A stretch of 64,000 nucleotides of DNA. It comes from an uncultured Chloroflexia bacterium. Lineage in GTDB: Bacteria; Chloroflexota; Limnocylindria; Limnocylindrales; CSP1-4. The notes below the pieces were generated by a model. It ran no database searches. It saw nothing but the letters and a program-made list of their open reading frames with translations, and was not told the DNA's origin. Numbering within the stretch: the stretch's first letter is position 1; the number at the start of each line of letters is the position of its first letter. The translations under genes and the position numbers were made by a program. Where the stretch lies: positions 348,463 to 412,462 of the forward strand of contig CAVOMZ010000007.1 of NCBI GenBank assembly GCA_963697135.1, written 5' to 3'. Below are positions 29,880 through 40,376 of the stretch, piece after piece.

Positions 29880-30774
29880 CTAGTTCGCTCGCCCGGGCGC
29901 GGCACCGACGCTGACCGTCAGCTCTTCCGCGCCGCGGACGAGGCCGATCTCGAAGGGCGGCTTTGCCGCCGAGATGGCATCGAGCAGGGCATCCGGATCC
30001 GAGACCGGGTTGCCGGCCACTGACACGATCAGGTCACCGCGGGCGATCCCGGCGCCGGCCGCGGGGCTCTCGTCCTCGACCTCGCGGACGAGCAGGCCGT
30101 CCCGGTCGGGCAGGCCGACCGACCGGCGCAGGCGACGGGCAACGAACGCCGGAGCGATCGCGATCCCCAGGCGGGGCCGCTCGACCGAGGTCCCCTTGGC
30201 CAGGGACTCGACCCGTTCGCGCAGTGCGCCGTCGGCCGGCAGGGCCAGGTAGAAGCCCTCGCCGATTCGGTTCGTGTTGAGCCCGATGAACCGGCCGGCG
30301 CCGTCGAGGAGCGCCCCACCGGACGAACCGGAGGCAAGCGGCGCGGTGTGCTCGATGCTGCCCGAGATCCGCCGTCCCCCGGGGCCGCGGAATGCCCGGC
30401 CGACGGCCGACACGGTGCCCAGGGTCACTCGGCTGCCACCCGAGCGCGAGGCCGCCGCGCCGAAGACGACTGCGCCCACGGCCGGCGACGCATCGGTCGC
30501 TCCAGCCGATCGGCGGGGCCCCCGCCGTGTCGACCGCGATGACGGCCAGGTCGCCATCGTGGTCGACGCCCTGGACGGTCCCGACCGTGCTCCGTCCATC
30601 GCCAAAGGTGACGGTGACCTCGTCGCCTCTTAGGTTGTGGGCGTTGGTCAGGACCTGGCCGTCGGCAACAACGACCCCGGAGCCGCGCTGGTGGCGGCCG
30701 ATCCCGACGATCGACGGTCCGGCGGTCGCGATGGCGGACTGGATGGCTCCCTGGAGATCTTCGACGAAGCTCAT
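29880..30774 (-). CDS. S1C (trypsin-like) serine protease with C-terminal PDZ domain (one frame switch near 30490)
   Basis: The N-terminus MSFVEDLQ...VLTNAHNL...DGDLAVIAV is in ORF 30034..30870. The rest, TAPLASGSSGGALLD...PDZ (GLLVREVEDESPAAGAGIARGDLIVSVAG), is in ORF 29880..30605. Confidence 0.85.
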
Positions 30775-30830
30775 GGGTGGTTCGACTCCTCGGTTGGCGG
30801 CTCGGCCGATCGGCACGGGTCGGTAGTGAC

Positions 30831-30850
30831 TAGTAAGATGCAAGTTACTA
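30831..30850. promoter_or_regulatory. Inverted repeat TAGTAA-N8-TTACTA in the protease/HxlR divergent region
   Basis: tagtaagatgcaagttacta is the lowest-GC patch of this intergenic region. Confidence 0.35.
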
Positions 30851-30880
30851 TGCGACGGCACAACGCGCAAGCCCCCTGCG

Positions 30881-31345
30881 GTGGCCGCCTACCATGGCGA
30901 CATGGCCAGGCGGACGAACCCGGTTGATCCCTCGTCGCCCCTCGGGTCGGCCCTCGACCGGGTGGGCGATCGCTGGAGCCTGCTCCTGGTCGAGCGCCTG
31001 CTGGACGGCCCGGCCCGCTTCAACGACCTCCTCGCCGGGGTCTCGGGGATCGCCCCGAACATCCTCACGGAGCGCCTCCGCCGGCTCGAACGCGAGCGGG
31101 TGATCCACGCGATCCCCTACTCCGAACGGCCGCCCCGGATGGAGTACGCCCTGACCGCCGACGGCCGCGACCTGGCCAGCGCCTTGCGCCTGCTGGCCGA
31201 CTGGGGCGGCCGTCCCCACGATCCGGCCGGCCACGACGCCCTGCGCCATGCCGCCTGCGGCACGCCCCTCGAGACGCGCTGGTTCTGCCCGACCTGCGAG
31301 CGGGTCGTGGCCGACGAGGAAGCCCCCGCGGACCGCCGGATCTAG
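30881..31345 (+). CDS. HxlR family transcriptional regulator with a Cys-rich C-terminal tail
   Basis: DRWSLLLVERLLDGPARFNDLLAGVSGIAPNILTERLRRLERERVI...RMEYALT. The tail is HAACGTPLETRWFCPTCE. The start is GTG 30881 or ATG 30902. Confidence 0.85.
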   Translation: MAAYHGDMARRTNPVDPSSPLGSALDRVGDRWSLLLVERLLDGPARFNDLLAGVSGIAPNILTERLRRLERERVIHAIPYSERPPRMEYALTADGRDLASALRLLADWGGRPHDPAGHDALRHAACGTPLETRWFCPTCERVVADEEAPADRRI

Positions 31346-31441
31346 GCTCGGGCTGGCTCCCTGGAGGCCCCGGCGCACCACGAATCCACGGTTCCTCGCC
31401 CCAGCGAGAACGGAATCGGGCTGGCGTTCGTCTGGAACCAT

Positions 31442-32027
31442 GTGATGCTTGACGCAACCGACCGCGCGATCCAACCCATGCTCGAGCTTCGGGAGGGAGA
31501 ACTGGGCCCCGCCGGAACCGGTGAAGCCGGACAGCGCTTCGTGCGCCTCGCCAACGCCGAGCTCGACCGGGCCTACCGCCTGGCCGGCCTGATCCTGGGC
31601 GATCGGCACGAGGCCGAGGACGCGACCCAGGATGCCCTCGTGCGGGCCTGGCAAGCGGCGGGATCGCTGCGCGATCCGGCCGGCTTCCAGGCCTGGTTTG
31701 ATCGGATCCTGGTCAACATCTGCCGGGACCGGCTCCGTCGGCGCCGCCGGATCCTGTTCAGTCCGATCGACCCGGACAGCGAGCAGCCCGGACCACATCG
31801 ACCCCTTCAAGACAGTCCTGAATCGGGACGAGGTCGTTCGGGCGATGGGCAGCCTGAGCACCGATGAACGGCTCGTGATCGTCCTCCACTACTGGGCCGA
31901 CCTGACCCTCGAGGGCGTGGCCGAGCGGCTCGGCTGGCCGCTCGGAACCGTCAAATCCCGACTCCACCATGGCTTGAACGAGATCCGGCACGTGCTCGAC
32001 GCGACGGACGGAGGCACGACCCGATGA
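31442..32027 (+). CDS. ECF-type RNA polymerase sigma-70 factor (one frame switch near 31795)
   Basis: Region 2 (EAEDATQDALVRAWQ...FQAWFDRILVNICRDRLR) is in ORF 31442..31867. Region 4 (LSTDERLVIVLHYWADLTLEGVAERLGWPLGTVKSRLHHG) is in ORF 31632..32027. Confidence 0.85.
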
Positions 32028-32855
32028 ACGACGACCTGGACCAGAAGCTGCGCGAGAGCCTGCACCGGGGAACGCTTCCCGCCGCCCCCGAGTCACTCCG
32101 GCAGCGCCTTGCCCAGCTGCCCGGCGGAGCCGGCTCCGGCCCAATTCGCGGGCCTCCTGAGCGGCATCCGCCTGGCAGCCCTGGGGACGGCCTTCGCCAT
32201 GGTCGTGGCCTTCGTGGTCGTGGCCCGTTCGCTGCCCGGTCCGGGCGGCGTCGGGCCGGCGGGATCGGTGACCGGCCTGCGGCCGTCGGCCGGCCCGAGC
32301 GCATCGCCCAGCCTGGCCGCCTCGCCCAGCGCTCTCGGCTCGCCGAGCAGCCCACCAAGCGGGGCGCCGACACCGGCCCCCTCGGCCAGCTCGGCCCTGG
32401 CGAGTCCCCCGCCCGAGCCTTCGGGCACGGTCTTCGTCTGCGGCACGACGGTCCTGCCCAAGACGACCAGCACGTCCGTCGGGATCAGCGATGTCCGGGT
32501 CGGGAGCCACCCAGGGGCGTACGACCGGATCGTCTTCGAGTTCAACGGTTCGGCCCGGCCTCAGCTGACCGTCGCGCCGGCCACGCCGCCCTTCGTCGAG
32601 GATGCCAGCGGCCAGCCGGTGAACGTCCCCGGCAGGCTCTTCCTGAGCCTGAAGCTGTTCGACGCGAGCGGCTATCCGACCTACAGCGGGCCGTCCTCGT
32701 TCATGCCCGACTACGCGAATCTCCTGGCCCTGGTCAACACGGGCGACTACGAGGGCTATGTGACCTGGATCGCCGGCCTGCAAGGACCAGCCTGCTACCA
32801 CGTCTCGACCCTCACCGGACCGACCCGGATCGTGGTGGACGTCGAAGAGCCCTGA
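32024..32855 (+). CDS. Putative anti-sigma factor: short cytoplasmic N-terminus, one TM, Ser/Pro linker, AMIN-like beta-sandwich domain (one frame switch near 32130)
   Basis: ATGA overlap with the sigma gene. The TM is [18 protein letters not shown]. The C-terminal domain [20 protein letters not shown]...[13 protein letters not shown]...TRIVVDV resembles AMIN-like (lipo)protein domains; I assign that from memory only. Confidence 0.6.
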
Positions 32856-32994
32856 GCCACCGGCCGTCGGGCCTGCCGGTGCCTTCGGGGCCAGGAAGAC
32901 AAGCCCGCCAATCGTCCAGTTGACGGCGCGGCCCGACGCCCCGATGCTTCCCCGGCGGCCGGGCCCAATCCGGTCCAGGGACCAGGGGAACTCA

Positions 32995-33965
32995 TTGACC
33001 GGGACGATCGAGATCGTCGGCCTGCGCAAGCGCTATGGCCGGGTGGCGGCGCTTGACGGGCTGGACCTGACGGTCGCCGAGGGCAACGTCGTGGGCCTGC
33101 TCGGGCCAAACGGAGCGGGCAAGACAACGGCCCTGCGGATCATCGTCGGCCTGATCCGGGCCGACTCGGGCACGGTCACGATCGAGGGCCGCCAGTCGAC
33201 CGGACCTGGGTGGGAGCCGAACGGGTCGGGGCGATGATCGCCCTGCCGGTCTTCTATCCGCACCTGTCGGGCCGGGACAACCTGCGGGTCGTGGCCACGA
33301 CCTGGGGCTGGTCCACGGCCCAGGCCGAGACCCGGATCGGCGCGGTCCTCGGCCTGGTCGACCTCGGCTCGGTCGGCAGCCGCTCGGTCAAGGGCTACTC
33401 GACCGGGATGCGCCAGCGGCTGGGGATTGCCCTGGCTCTCCTGGCCGATCCACCGATCATCATCCTCGACGAGCCGGTCAACGGCCTCGATCCGGCCGGC
33501 ATCGTCGAGATCCGCGACCTGCTCACCTCCCTGGCCGGGACCGGTCGGACGATTCTCGTCTCGAGCCACCTGCTGACGGAGGTCGAGCGGACCTGCGACC
33601 ACGTCGCGATCGTCGATCGCGGCCGGGTCCTCGCCGCGGGTACGCCGGAGGCACTCTCCGGGGCCGGCACGGATCGGGTCGAGCTCCTGCTCGGGGCCGG
33701 CGATCGTCCCGCCGGCCAACGCGCCCTCGAGGCCGCCGGACTGAAGGTGACGCTCGGACCGGGCGCCGACGCCCTGTGGGTCGAGGGCGCTCCCCGACGG
33801 CGCCGACGTTGCCCGATTGCTGGCCTCGGCCGGCCTGTTCCCGGACCAGCTCGTCCACCAGCGCGACTCGCTCGAGGACATCTTCCTGCGCCTGACCGAC
33901 CACCGGGACGAACCGGCCGTCGAGGCGTCGGCGACGAGGAAACGGCCCTGGAGCCGGCGAGATGA
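32995..33965 (+). CDS. ABC transporter ATP-binding protein (frame-disrupted, about 3 switches)
   Basis: TTG 32995 follows AGGGGAA. Walker [10 protein letters not shown] is in the ORF 32920 frame. Signature [12 protein letters not shown] and Walker [13 protein letters not shown] are in ORF 33210..33965. [11 protein letters not shown] is in the ORF 33817 frame. The stop overlaps the permease ATG (ATGA at 33962). Confidence 0.8.
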
Positions 33966-34831
33966 CCAATCTCCTGGCGGCCGATCTTGTCCGGTTCGGG
34001 CGGCGGCGCGACGTGTGGCTCGTCCTGGTCCTCGTTCCGCTGATGATCGCCCTGCTCTACCTCAACGACTTCAATCGGACCGTCCAGGGGATTCACGAGG
34101 TTCTGAACGTCGACCTCGGACCGAACCCCGATCCGAACCTGCTCGCCCAGGTCCAGGCCCAGCTCCACCAGCAGATCGCCGACCAGATGCCGGCCTTCGC
34201 CTTTCCGGCCAGCCTGGTCCGGGTCGCCACGAACCCGCTCGGAGTGATCCTCGTCGGGCTCTACCTGGGAATCGCCCTGACCGCCAGCGAGTTCGAGTGG
34301 GGCACGGTTCGGACGATCCACCTGACGGCGAGCCGCTGGTCGGTCCTGGCCGTCCGGGTCGGGTTGATCACCGGGATGGTCCTGACGACGATGGCGATCG
34401 GGATCATCTTCGCGGCGATCGCCCCGTTCTTCATGTCGATCGACGGAACACCCCTCCAGCACTTCGCTGCCCCGGTGCCCGACCTCGGTCCGGCGCTGGC
34501 CGTCCGGGTCCTGTGCGTCCTGCCGTTCATCGCCCTGCCGATCCTCGTCTCGGTCGTGACCCGCTCGACCGGCCTGGCCCTGCTGATGACCGTGCTGATC
34601 CTCGTCGTGGACGTGGCCCTGACCGACACGCCGTTCTGGCAGCAGAGCCCGATCCCGTGGCTGCCCGGGGCGACGATCACCGGCTCGATCACCCGCCTCC
34701 TGTCAGGCGACGACTCGAGCATTGCCGCCTTGATCCCGGCCTGGGGATCGGTCGTCGCCGTCATCGGCTGGTCGGTCCTGCCGGTTCTCGCCGCGATCCT
34801 GCTCTTTCGGCACCTCGACCTGACCGAGTAG
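33962..34831 (+). CDS. ABC-2 type transporter permease
   Basis: Intact 289 aa with six predicted TMs (…LTASEFEWGTVRTI… is typical of ABC-2 family permeases). It is coupled to the ATPase. Confidence 0.75.
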   Translation: MTNLLAADLVRFGRRRDVWLVLVLVPLMIALLYLNDFNRTVQGIHEVLNVDLGPNPDPNLLAQVQAQLHQQIADQMPAFAFPASLVRVATNPLGVILVGLYLGIALTASEFEWGTVRTIHLTASRWSVLAVRVGLITGMVLTTMAIGIIFAAIAPFFMSIDGTPLQHFAAPVPDLGPALAVRVLCVLPFIALPILVSVVTRSTGLALLMTVLILVVDVALTDTPFWQQSPIPWLPGATITGSITRLLSGDDSSIAALIPAWGSVVAVIGWSVLPVLAAILLFRHLDLTE

Positions 34832-34832
34832 G

Positions 34833-35580
34833 TCAGTTCCGGCCGTCGGCCGCCGTCGTCGAACCGGTTCGGGCGAGGCGGGCGGCCCGCCGAGCGTCGC
34901 CGGCATCACGCCGGCGGATCGCCTCGAGGACGAGCTGGTCCGCGGCGGGCTCGATCACCGCGGTCTCGGCCTGGGCCACGATCGGGGCAGCCGCCCGCAG
35001 CGCCTCGACCACGCTGGCCAGGGTGACGTTGGTGGCGGCGACGGCGGTCGTTGCCCGAAACGCGAGGTGGGCCGCCTCGAGGGCGGCCGGGTCGCCGGCA
35101 TTCGAGTGCGGCCTCCTGCTCGGCCAGGTGGGCAGCCAGCTCGAGCAGGTCGGCTTCGGTCCGTCGCTCGGCGGCCATCGCCGCGAGGTCGCCGTCGAGG
35201 ACCGCGATCGCCTCGGCCACGTCGGCCCGCTCGCCGCCCCAGGCGACGAGTCGCCACTCGACGGCTCGCGAGAACGATTCGGGGGTCGAGTCGGCGACGT
35301 ACGTGCCGTCGCCATGGCGTGACTCGATCAGGCCAACCAGGGCCAGCGATTTGAGGGCCTCGCGGACGACCGTGCGGCCCACCCCGAGCTCCTCGGCCAG
35401 CCGCCGCTCGGACGGGATCCGGGCGCCGGGCCGCAGATCGCCGGTCGTGACGTAGGCCGTCAGCAGCCGGGCGATCTCCTCGGGCGAGGCGCTCTTCCGC
35501 CGGGGCACGTCGCTCCCCGCTGAGATCGCCGTCGTTCGCTCGGAAACCGTCACGCAATCCTCGGGCTGCAGGACCGCCAT
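34833..35580 (-). CDS. GntR family (FadR/FCD subfamily) transcriptional regulator (one frame switch near 35100)
   Basis: The HTH RIPSERRLAEELGVGRTVVREALKSLALVGLIESRHGDGTYV is in ORF 34906..35580. The helical C-terminal domain continues in ORF 34833..35315. Confidence 0.8.
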
Positions 35581-35586
35581 CTTAGA

Positions 35587-38453
35587 TCAGCCGGTCGCCT
35601 GGAGCCCTGCGGCGATCGCGTTGACACTGTCAATTCGACGAGCCGCCGGACCGAGCCGACCGCCGGATCCTCCGGATCGAGCGAGCGGAGCCGGCCGAGG
35701 AGGTGGACCTGGAGCTCGGCCAGCGGATCGAGATAGGGCGCCCGGACGGCGAGCGAGCGCCTGACCGCGGGCAGCCCGTCGAGCAGGCCGGGCCGCCCGG
35801 TGACCCGCCCGAGCCAGAGGCAGGCCCGCTCGAACTCGGCCTCGATCGCCGCCCAGATCCCGTCGGCGTCGGGACCCGCCAGCCGGCGGTAGGCCCGGGC
35901 CGTGCGCAGGTCGACCCGGGCCAGGGCCAGCTCGGCGTTGTCGAGGAGGGATTCGAAGAATGGCCAGGCCTGGTACAGCCCGGCCAGGCGGGCCGCCCCG
36001 TCGGGACCGTGACGCTCGGCGTACGACTCGATGGCCCGGCCCAGCCCGTACCACCCCGGCAGGCCGAGCCGGACCTGCGACCAGGCGAAGACCCAGGGGA
36101 TCGCCCGAAGCTCGCTGATCGAGCCGGGACCGGACTGGCCGGCGGACGGCCGGCGGGCGGGGCGTGAGCCGAGGCGCATCCCGGCAAGCTCCTCGATCGG
36201 GGTCACCTGGCGGAAGAAGCTGACGAAGCCGGGTCCCTCGACCAGCCCCCGGTAGGCCGCCTCCGAGGTGGCTGCCAGCTCGTCCATGATCGGCCGGCCC
36301 TCCGCCTCGAGCCGCACTCGCCGGGCGCCGCCGGCCGGAGCCGAGGCGAGCAGGGTTGCCCCGGCCAGCTCCTCGAGGTGGCGCCGGGCAATCGTCGGGT
36401 TCGAGTAGTTCGCGGCGATCACCTCGCCCTGCTCGGTCAGCTTCAGCCGGCCCCCGATCGAGCCGGCCGGCTGGGCCCGGATGGCCCGGGCCGCCGGCCC
36501 GCCGCCGCGACCGATCGCCCCACCGCGGCCGTGGAACAGGGTCAGCTCGAGGCCATGGCGCGAGGCGACCTCGACCAGCTCGACCTGGGCCCGGTAGAGC
36601 AGCCAGTTGGCCGCGACGAAGCCCGACTCCTTGTTCGAGTCGGAGTAGCCCAGCATCACTTCCTGGCGGTCGCCACGCTCGCGCAGGTGGGCCCGGTAGG
36701 CCGGCTCGCCGACGAGCGCTTCGAGGAGCGCCCCGGCCTGGCCGAGGGCGTCGGCCGACTCGAGCAGGGGCACGACATCGAGTCGCGGACGAACCGGGGC
36801 GAACCCGGCGGTCGCCTCGGCGGCCGGCTCGGACCGGCCGGCCAGCTCGGCCAGGGCGAGGACGTCGAGGACGTCGCCCGGCCCCCGGGTGAAGCTGATG
36901 ATCCAGCGGCCGGCGGCGGCCTCGCCGTAGCGGTGCTGGATGGCTCCGATCGCCCGGATCGTCGCCAGCAGCTCGAGCGCAGCCGGGGTGGCCGTCGAGC
37001 AGGTCGCGACCGGAGGCTGGCCAGGGCGGCCTGCTGGATCCCGCTGTGCTGGCGCACCTCGAGCTCGGCCAGGTGGAAGCCGAACGTGTCGACCTGCCAG
37101 CGAAGGTCCTGGACCTCGCCGTAGGCGACCCGCTCCAGGCCGTCGGCCACGAGCGCCTCAGCCAGCTCCTCGAGCTCCCGCCGGAACGACTCGAGCATCC
37201 GGGTAGCGCCCGGTCAACGGGGCGGCCGCGCCGATCAGGGCACTGCGGGTCCGGCGCAACCGCTCAGCCATCGCGCCCAGCCTGCGGCGATACGGCTCAT
37301 CACCGAACCGCCGGTCCAGCTGGCGCATCAGCTCGGGCAGCTCGTCCTCGTCATCGATCAGCCGCCGGGCGATCCGGCGGTCCACTTCGCCGGCCGGGAC
37401 CGTGGCCGCGATCGTCTGCATCAGCCGGCTCACGACCGCTTCGTGGCCGCGCAGGACGTGATCGGCGTGGATCCGGGCGGCCTGGGCGGTCAGCTCAGCG
37501 GTCACGTTCGGATTGCCATCGCGGTCGGCGCCGACCCAGCTGCCCCAATGCAGGAAGGTGCCGGTGCGGGCTGGCCGGGTGCCCGTGCCACCCGAGTCGG
37601 TGGCCGGGCCGGCGGCGAGTGCAGGGGTCGAACGACCGGTCCGGGTCCGACCGGTCCGGTCCAGCGCGGCGTCGAGCTCGCGGATCACCACGGGGGTCAC
37701 CCGGAACAGGGTCTCGTCAAAGAAGACCATCGCGCTCCGGACCTCGTCGAGGGGTCCCGGCGAGATCGAGCGCAGCTCGGACGTTCGCCACAGCAAGGTA
37801 ATTTCCTCGCGCAGCCGCCGGCGCAGGTCGCGATCGTCCCCCGGGCCCATCCGCGGGTCGTCGAGGCCCTCGACGAGGCGGGCGACCCGGCGCAGGGCGA
37901 GCAGCAGGGTCCGCCGGCGGGCCTCCGTCGGGTGGGCGGTCAGGACCGGCGCGACGGAGAGACCCGCGACCAGGGCCTCGATCCGGGCCGCCTCGAGCCC
38001 CTCGGCCGTCAGCTGGTCGATCGCCGCGGCCAGCGAATCGGGCGGCGCGCCATGGCTGGCTCGCTCGGTCCGTCGGACGGCCCGGACCCGGTCGCGCTCC
38101 TCGGCCACGTTGATGACCTGGAAGTACAGGCCAAAGGCCCGGATGATCGACTCGATCGTGGCCAGGTCGAGCTGATCGAGGCCGTCGATGACGGGGGCCG
38201 GCGGCGACGGCTCGCTGCTCGAGCCGGGCCGATCCGGGTCAACCGCGCGCCGGCCGGCCTTGGCCTGGGCCCGGATCGCCTCGATCGTGGCCAGGAGCGG
38301 CTCGCCGGCCTGCTCGGCGATCACCTGGCCGAGAAGGGCGCCGAGCAGCTTGACCTCGCGCGCGAGTGGATCGCGGGCCCGGCCCGTGCCGATCCCGGCC
38401 GGCTCGGCCCGGACGGCGGCGTTCGCGCTCGGCCGCACCAGCGGCCGGCTCAA
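35587..38453 (-). CDS. ppc: Phosphoenolpyruvate carboxylase (frame-disrupted, at least 4 switches)
   Basis: VLTAHPTEARRRT and DGNPNVT are in ORF 37158..38453. MLGYSDSNKESGF and LFHGRGGAIGRGGGP are in ORF 35550..36773. The terminal ...NAIAAGLQATG is in ORF 35587..36054. Confidence 0.9.
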
Positions 38454-38589
38454 GTCCCGCTGCCGGGGGCCGGCTCATGTTCGGCCGCGCGGCTCGCCCG
38501 TTCATGCTCCGCTGTCCATCTGGAGATCGTCGCATGGTGGAGCGCCGCCGAAGGTTGCGGACCGGTGTCGCGGCGACTGGACCGGCGAG

Positions 38590-39855
38590 TCAGGCGGGCC
38601 GGCTGACCTCGCGCAAGCGGCCTTCGAGGAAGCGCCGCTCGACCGAGTTGCCGACCAGGTCGGCCGCCCGGCGGTAGGCCTCGGCGGCTTCGTCACGCCG
38701 GTCAAGCCGGCGCAGGAGATCCGCCCGGGCGGCGTGGAGGTACGGGTAGTCGGTCAGCTGGCCGGCCTCGACCAGGGCATCGATCCGCTCGAGGCCGGCG
38801 GCCGGCCCGTCGGCGAAGGCGACGGCCACGGCCAGGTTGAGCTCGACGACGGGCGAGGGCGTCATCCGGGCGAGCAGCCCGTACAGCTCGACGACCTGGG
38901 GCCAGTCCGTGCCGGCCGGATCGGCCGCCTCGTCGTGGACCGCGGCGATCGCCGCCTGGAGCTGGTACGGGCCGGTCCGCTGCATTCGGAGCGCTCGCTC
39001 GACCAGCCGGCCGCCCTCCTCGATCCGGGCCCGATCCCAGCGCGACCGGTCCTGGTCGGCCAGCAGGACCAGCTCGCCCGACGCCCCGACCCGGGCTTCG
39101 CGCCGGGCGTCCTGGAGGAGCATCAGGGCGAGCAGGCCGATTGCCTCAGGCTCGTCGGGCATCAGCTCGACGAGGACCCGGGCGAGCCGGATCGCCTCGC
39201 CGGTCAGCTCCCGCCGAACCAGGTCGTCGCCGGCGGAGCTGGCGTAGCCCTCGTTGAAGACCAGGTAGAGAACCCGCAGGACTGCCTCGAGCCGCTCCGG
39301 GAGCAGGTGGTCGGGCGGAACACGATAGGGAATGCCGGCCTCGCGGATCTTGCGCTTGGCCCGGACGAGCCGCTGGGCGAGGGTCGCCTCTGGGACCAGG
39401 AAGGCCCGGGCGATCTCCGGCGTGGTCAGGCCACCGAGGGTGCGCAGGGTCAGGGCGACCTGGGCGTCGAGGGCGAGCGCCGGATGACAGCAGGTGAAGA
39501 TCAGCCGGAGCCGATCATCTTCGATCGCCACGTCCTCCTCCATCGGCTCGCTCGTCCGGGCATCGGCATCGATCAGGGCCTGGCGCCCGAGCTCGTCGGT
39601 CTTGGTCGCCAGGACCCGGGTCCGGCGCAGGCGGTCGATCGCCCGGTTCCGGGCGGTGGCCGTGATCCAGGCTCCGGGGTTGACCGGGACGCCGTCCCGG
39701 GGCCACCGCTCCAGGGCCACGATGAACGCCTCCTGGACGGCCTCCTCGGCGATGTCGAAGTCACCGAAGACCCGGATCAGGGTCGCGACCGTCCGGCCCA
39801 ATTCCTCGCGGAACAGGCGCTCGACGACCTCGCGCGGGTCGGCCTGCGGGGGCAA
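38590..39855 (-). CDS. ECF sigma factor with long TPR-like C-terminal extension (ECF42-type)
   Basis: Within ORF 38590..40278. TTG at 39855 gives about 421 aa. Sigma2/4 strings are [50 protein letters not shown] and [30 protein letters not shown] helical extension follows. The gene is adjacent to a YCII/DGPF gene. Confidence 0.8.
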   Translation of the reverse strand: MPPQADPREVVERLFREELGRTVATLIRVFGDFDIAEEAVQEAFIVALERWPRDGVPVNPGAWITATARNRAIDRLRRTRVLATKTDELGRQALIDADARTSEPMEEDVAIEDDRLRLIFTCCHPALALDAQVALTLRTLGGLTTPEIARAFLVPEATLAQRLVRAKRKIREAGIPYRVPPDHLLPERLEAVLRVLYLVFNEGYASSAGDDLVRRELTGEAIRLARVLVELMPDEPEAIGLLALMLLQDARREARVGASGELVLLADQDRSRWDRARIEEGGRLVERALRMQRTGPYQLQAAIAAVHDEAADPAGTDWPQVVELYGLLARMTPSPVVELNLAVAVAFADGPAAGLERIDALVEAGQLTDYPYLHAARADLLRRLDRRDEAAEAYRRAADLVGNSVERRFLEGRLREVSRPA

Positions 39856-39863
39856 CGGCCTCG

Positions 39864-40244
39864 TCAGCCGCCGGCGGCGCCGGCCGAGGCGGCCATCGAC
39901 GGCCGCTCGAGAATTGGCCGGATCTCGATCGAGCCGTGTCGGGCGCCCGGAATCCGGGCGGCCGCGTCGATCGCCTCGTCCAGGTCGTTCGCTTCGATCA
40001 GGTAGTAGCCGGCCAGGGCTTCCTTCGTCTCGGCATAGGGCCCGTCCGTGGTCAGCGTCCGGCCGTCGCGGACCTGGACGGTCGTGGCCGCCCGGGTCGG
40101 TTGGAGCGCCTGGCCGCCCTGGAACTGGCCATGCTCGACGAGCGACTCGGTGAATCGGTCGTATTCCTGCGATTCGGCCAGCATCGCGTCGGTCGGCGGG
40201 CCGTCCGCTCGCTCGGCGGTGTAGATCAGCAGCAGGTATTGCAT
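39864..40244 (-). CDS. YCII-related (DGPF) domain protein
   Basis: MQYLLLIYT...[35 protein letters not shown]...GSIEIRPI. Intact 126 aa. Confidence 0.85.
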   Translation of the reverse strand: MQYLLLIYTAERADGPPTDAMLAESQEYDRFTESLVEHGQFQGGQALQPTRAATTVQVRDGRTLTTDGPYAETKEALAGYYLIEANDLDEAIDAAARIPGARHGSIEIRPILERPSMAASAGAAGG

Positions 40245-40299
40245 CAGGGCCTCCAGGACCGCGCAGTCGGGCCGGCAACGTCGCTGCCCGTCAACTCAA

Positions 40300-40326
40300 C
40301 AACGAACGGAAATGCCCGAATCGACC
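40300..40326 (-). promoter_or_regulatory. Candidate ECF42-type promoter upstream of the YCII gene
   Basis: The minus strand reads GGTCGA-N16-CGTT about 55 nt upstream of ATG 40244. As I recall, the published ECF42 target motif is TGTCGA (-35) with CGTC/CGAC (-10). Confidence 0.35.
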
Positions 40327-40376
40327 GCGGCTCGAGTATGACCCTCGGCCATGATCGGTGGCGGTATGGTGTGACG

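Noticed and set aside
33817-35322. 501-aa plus-strand ORF
   Set aside because: Only about 30 codons near its start (…[17 protein letters not shown]) belong to the ABC ATPase C-terminus. The remainder runs off-frame through the ABC-2 permease and antisense to the GntR gene.
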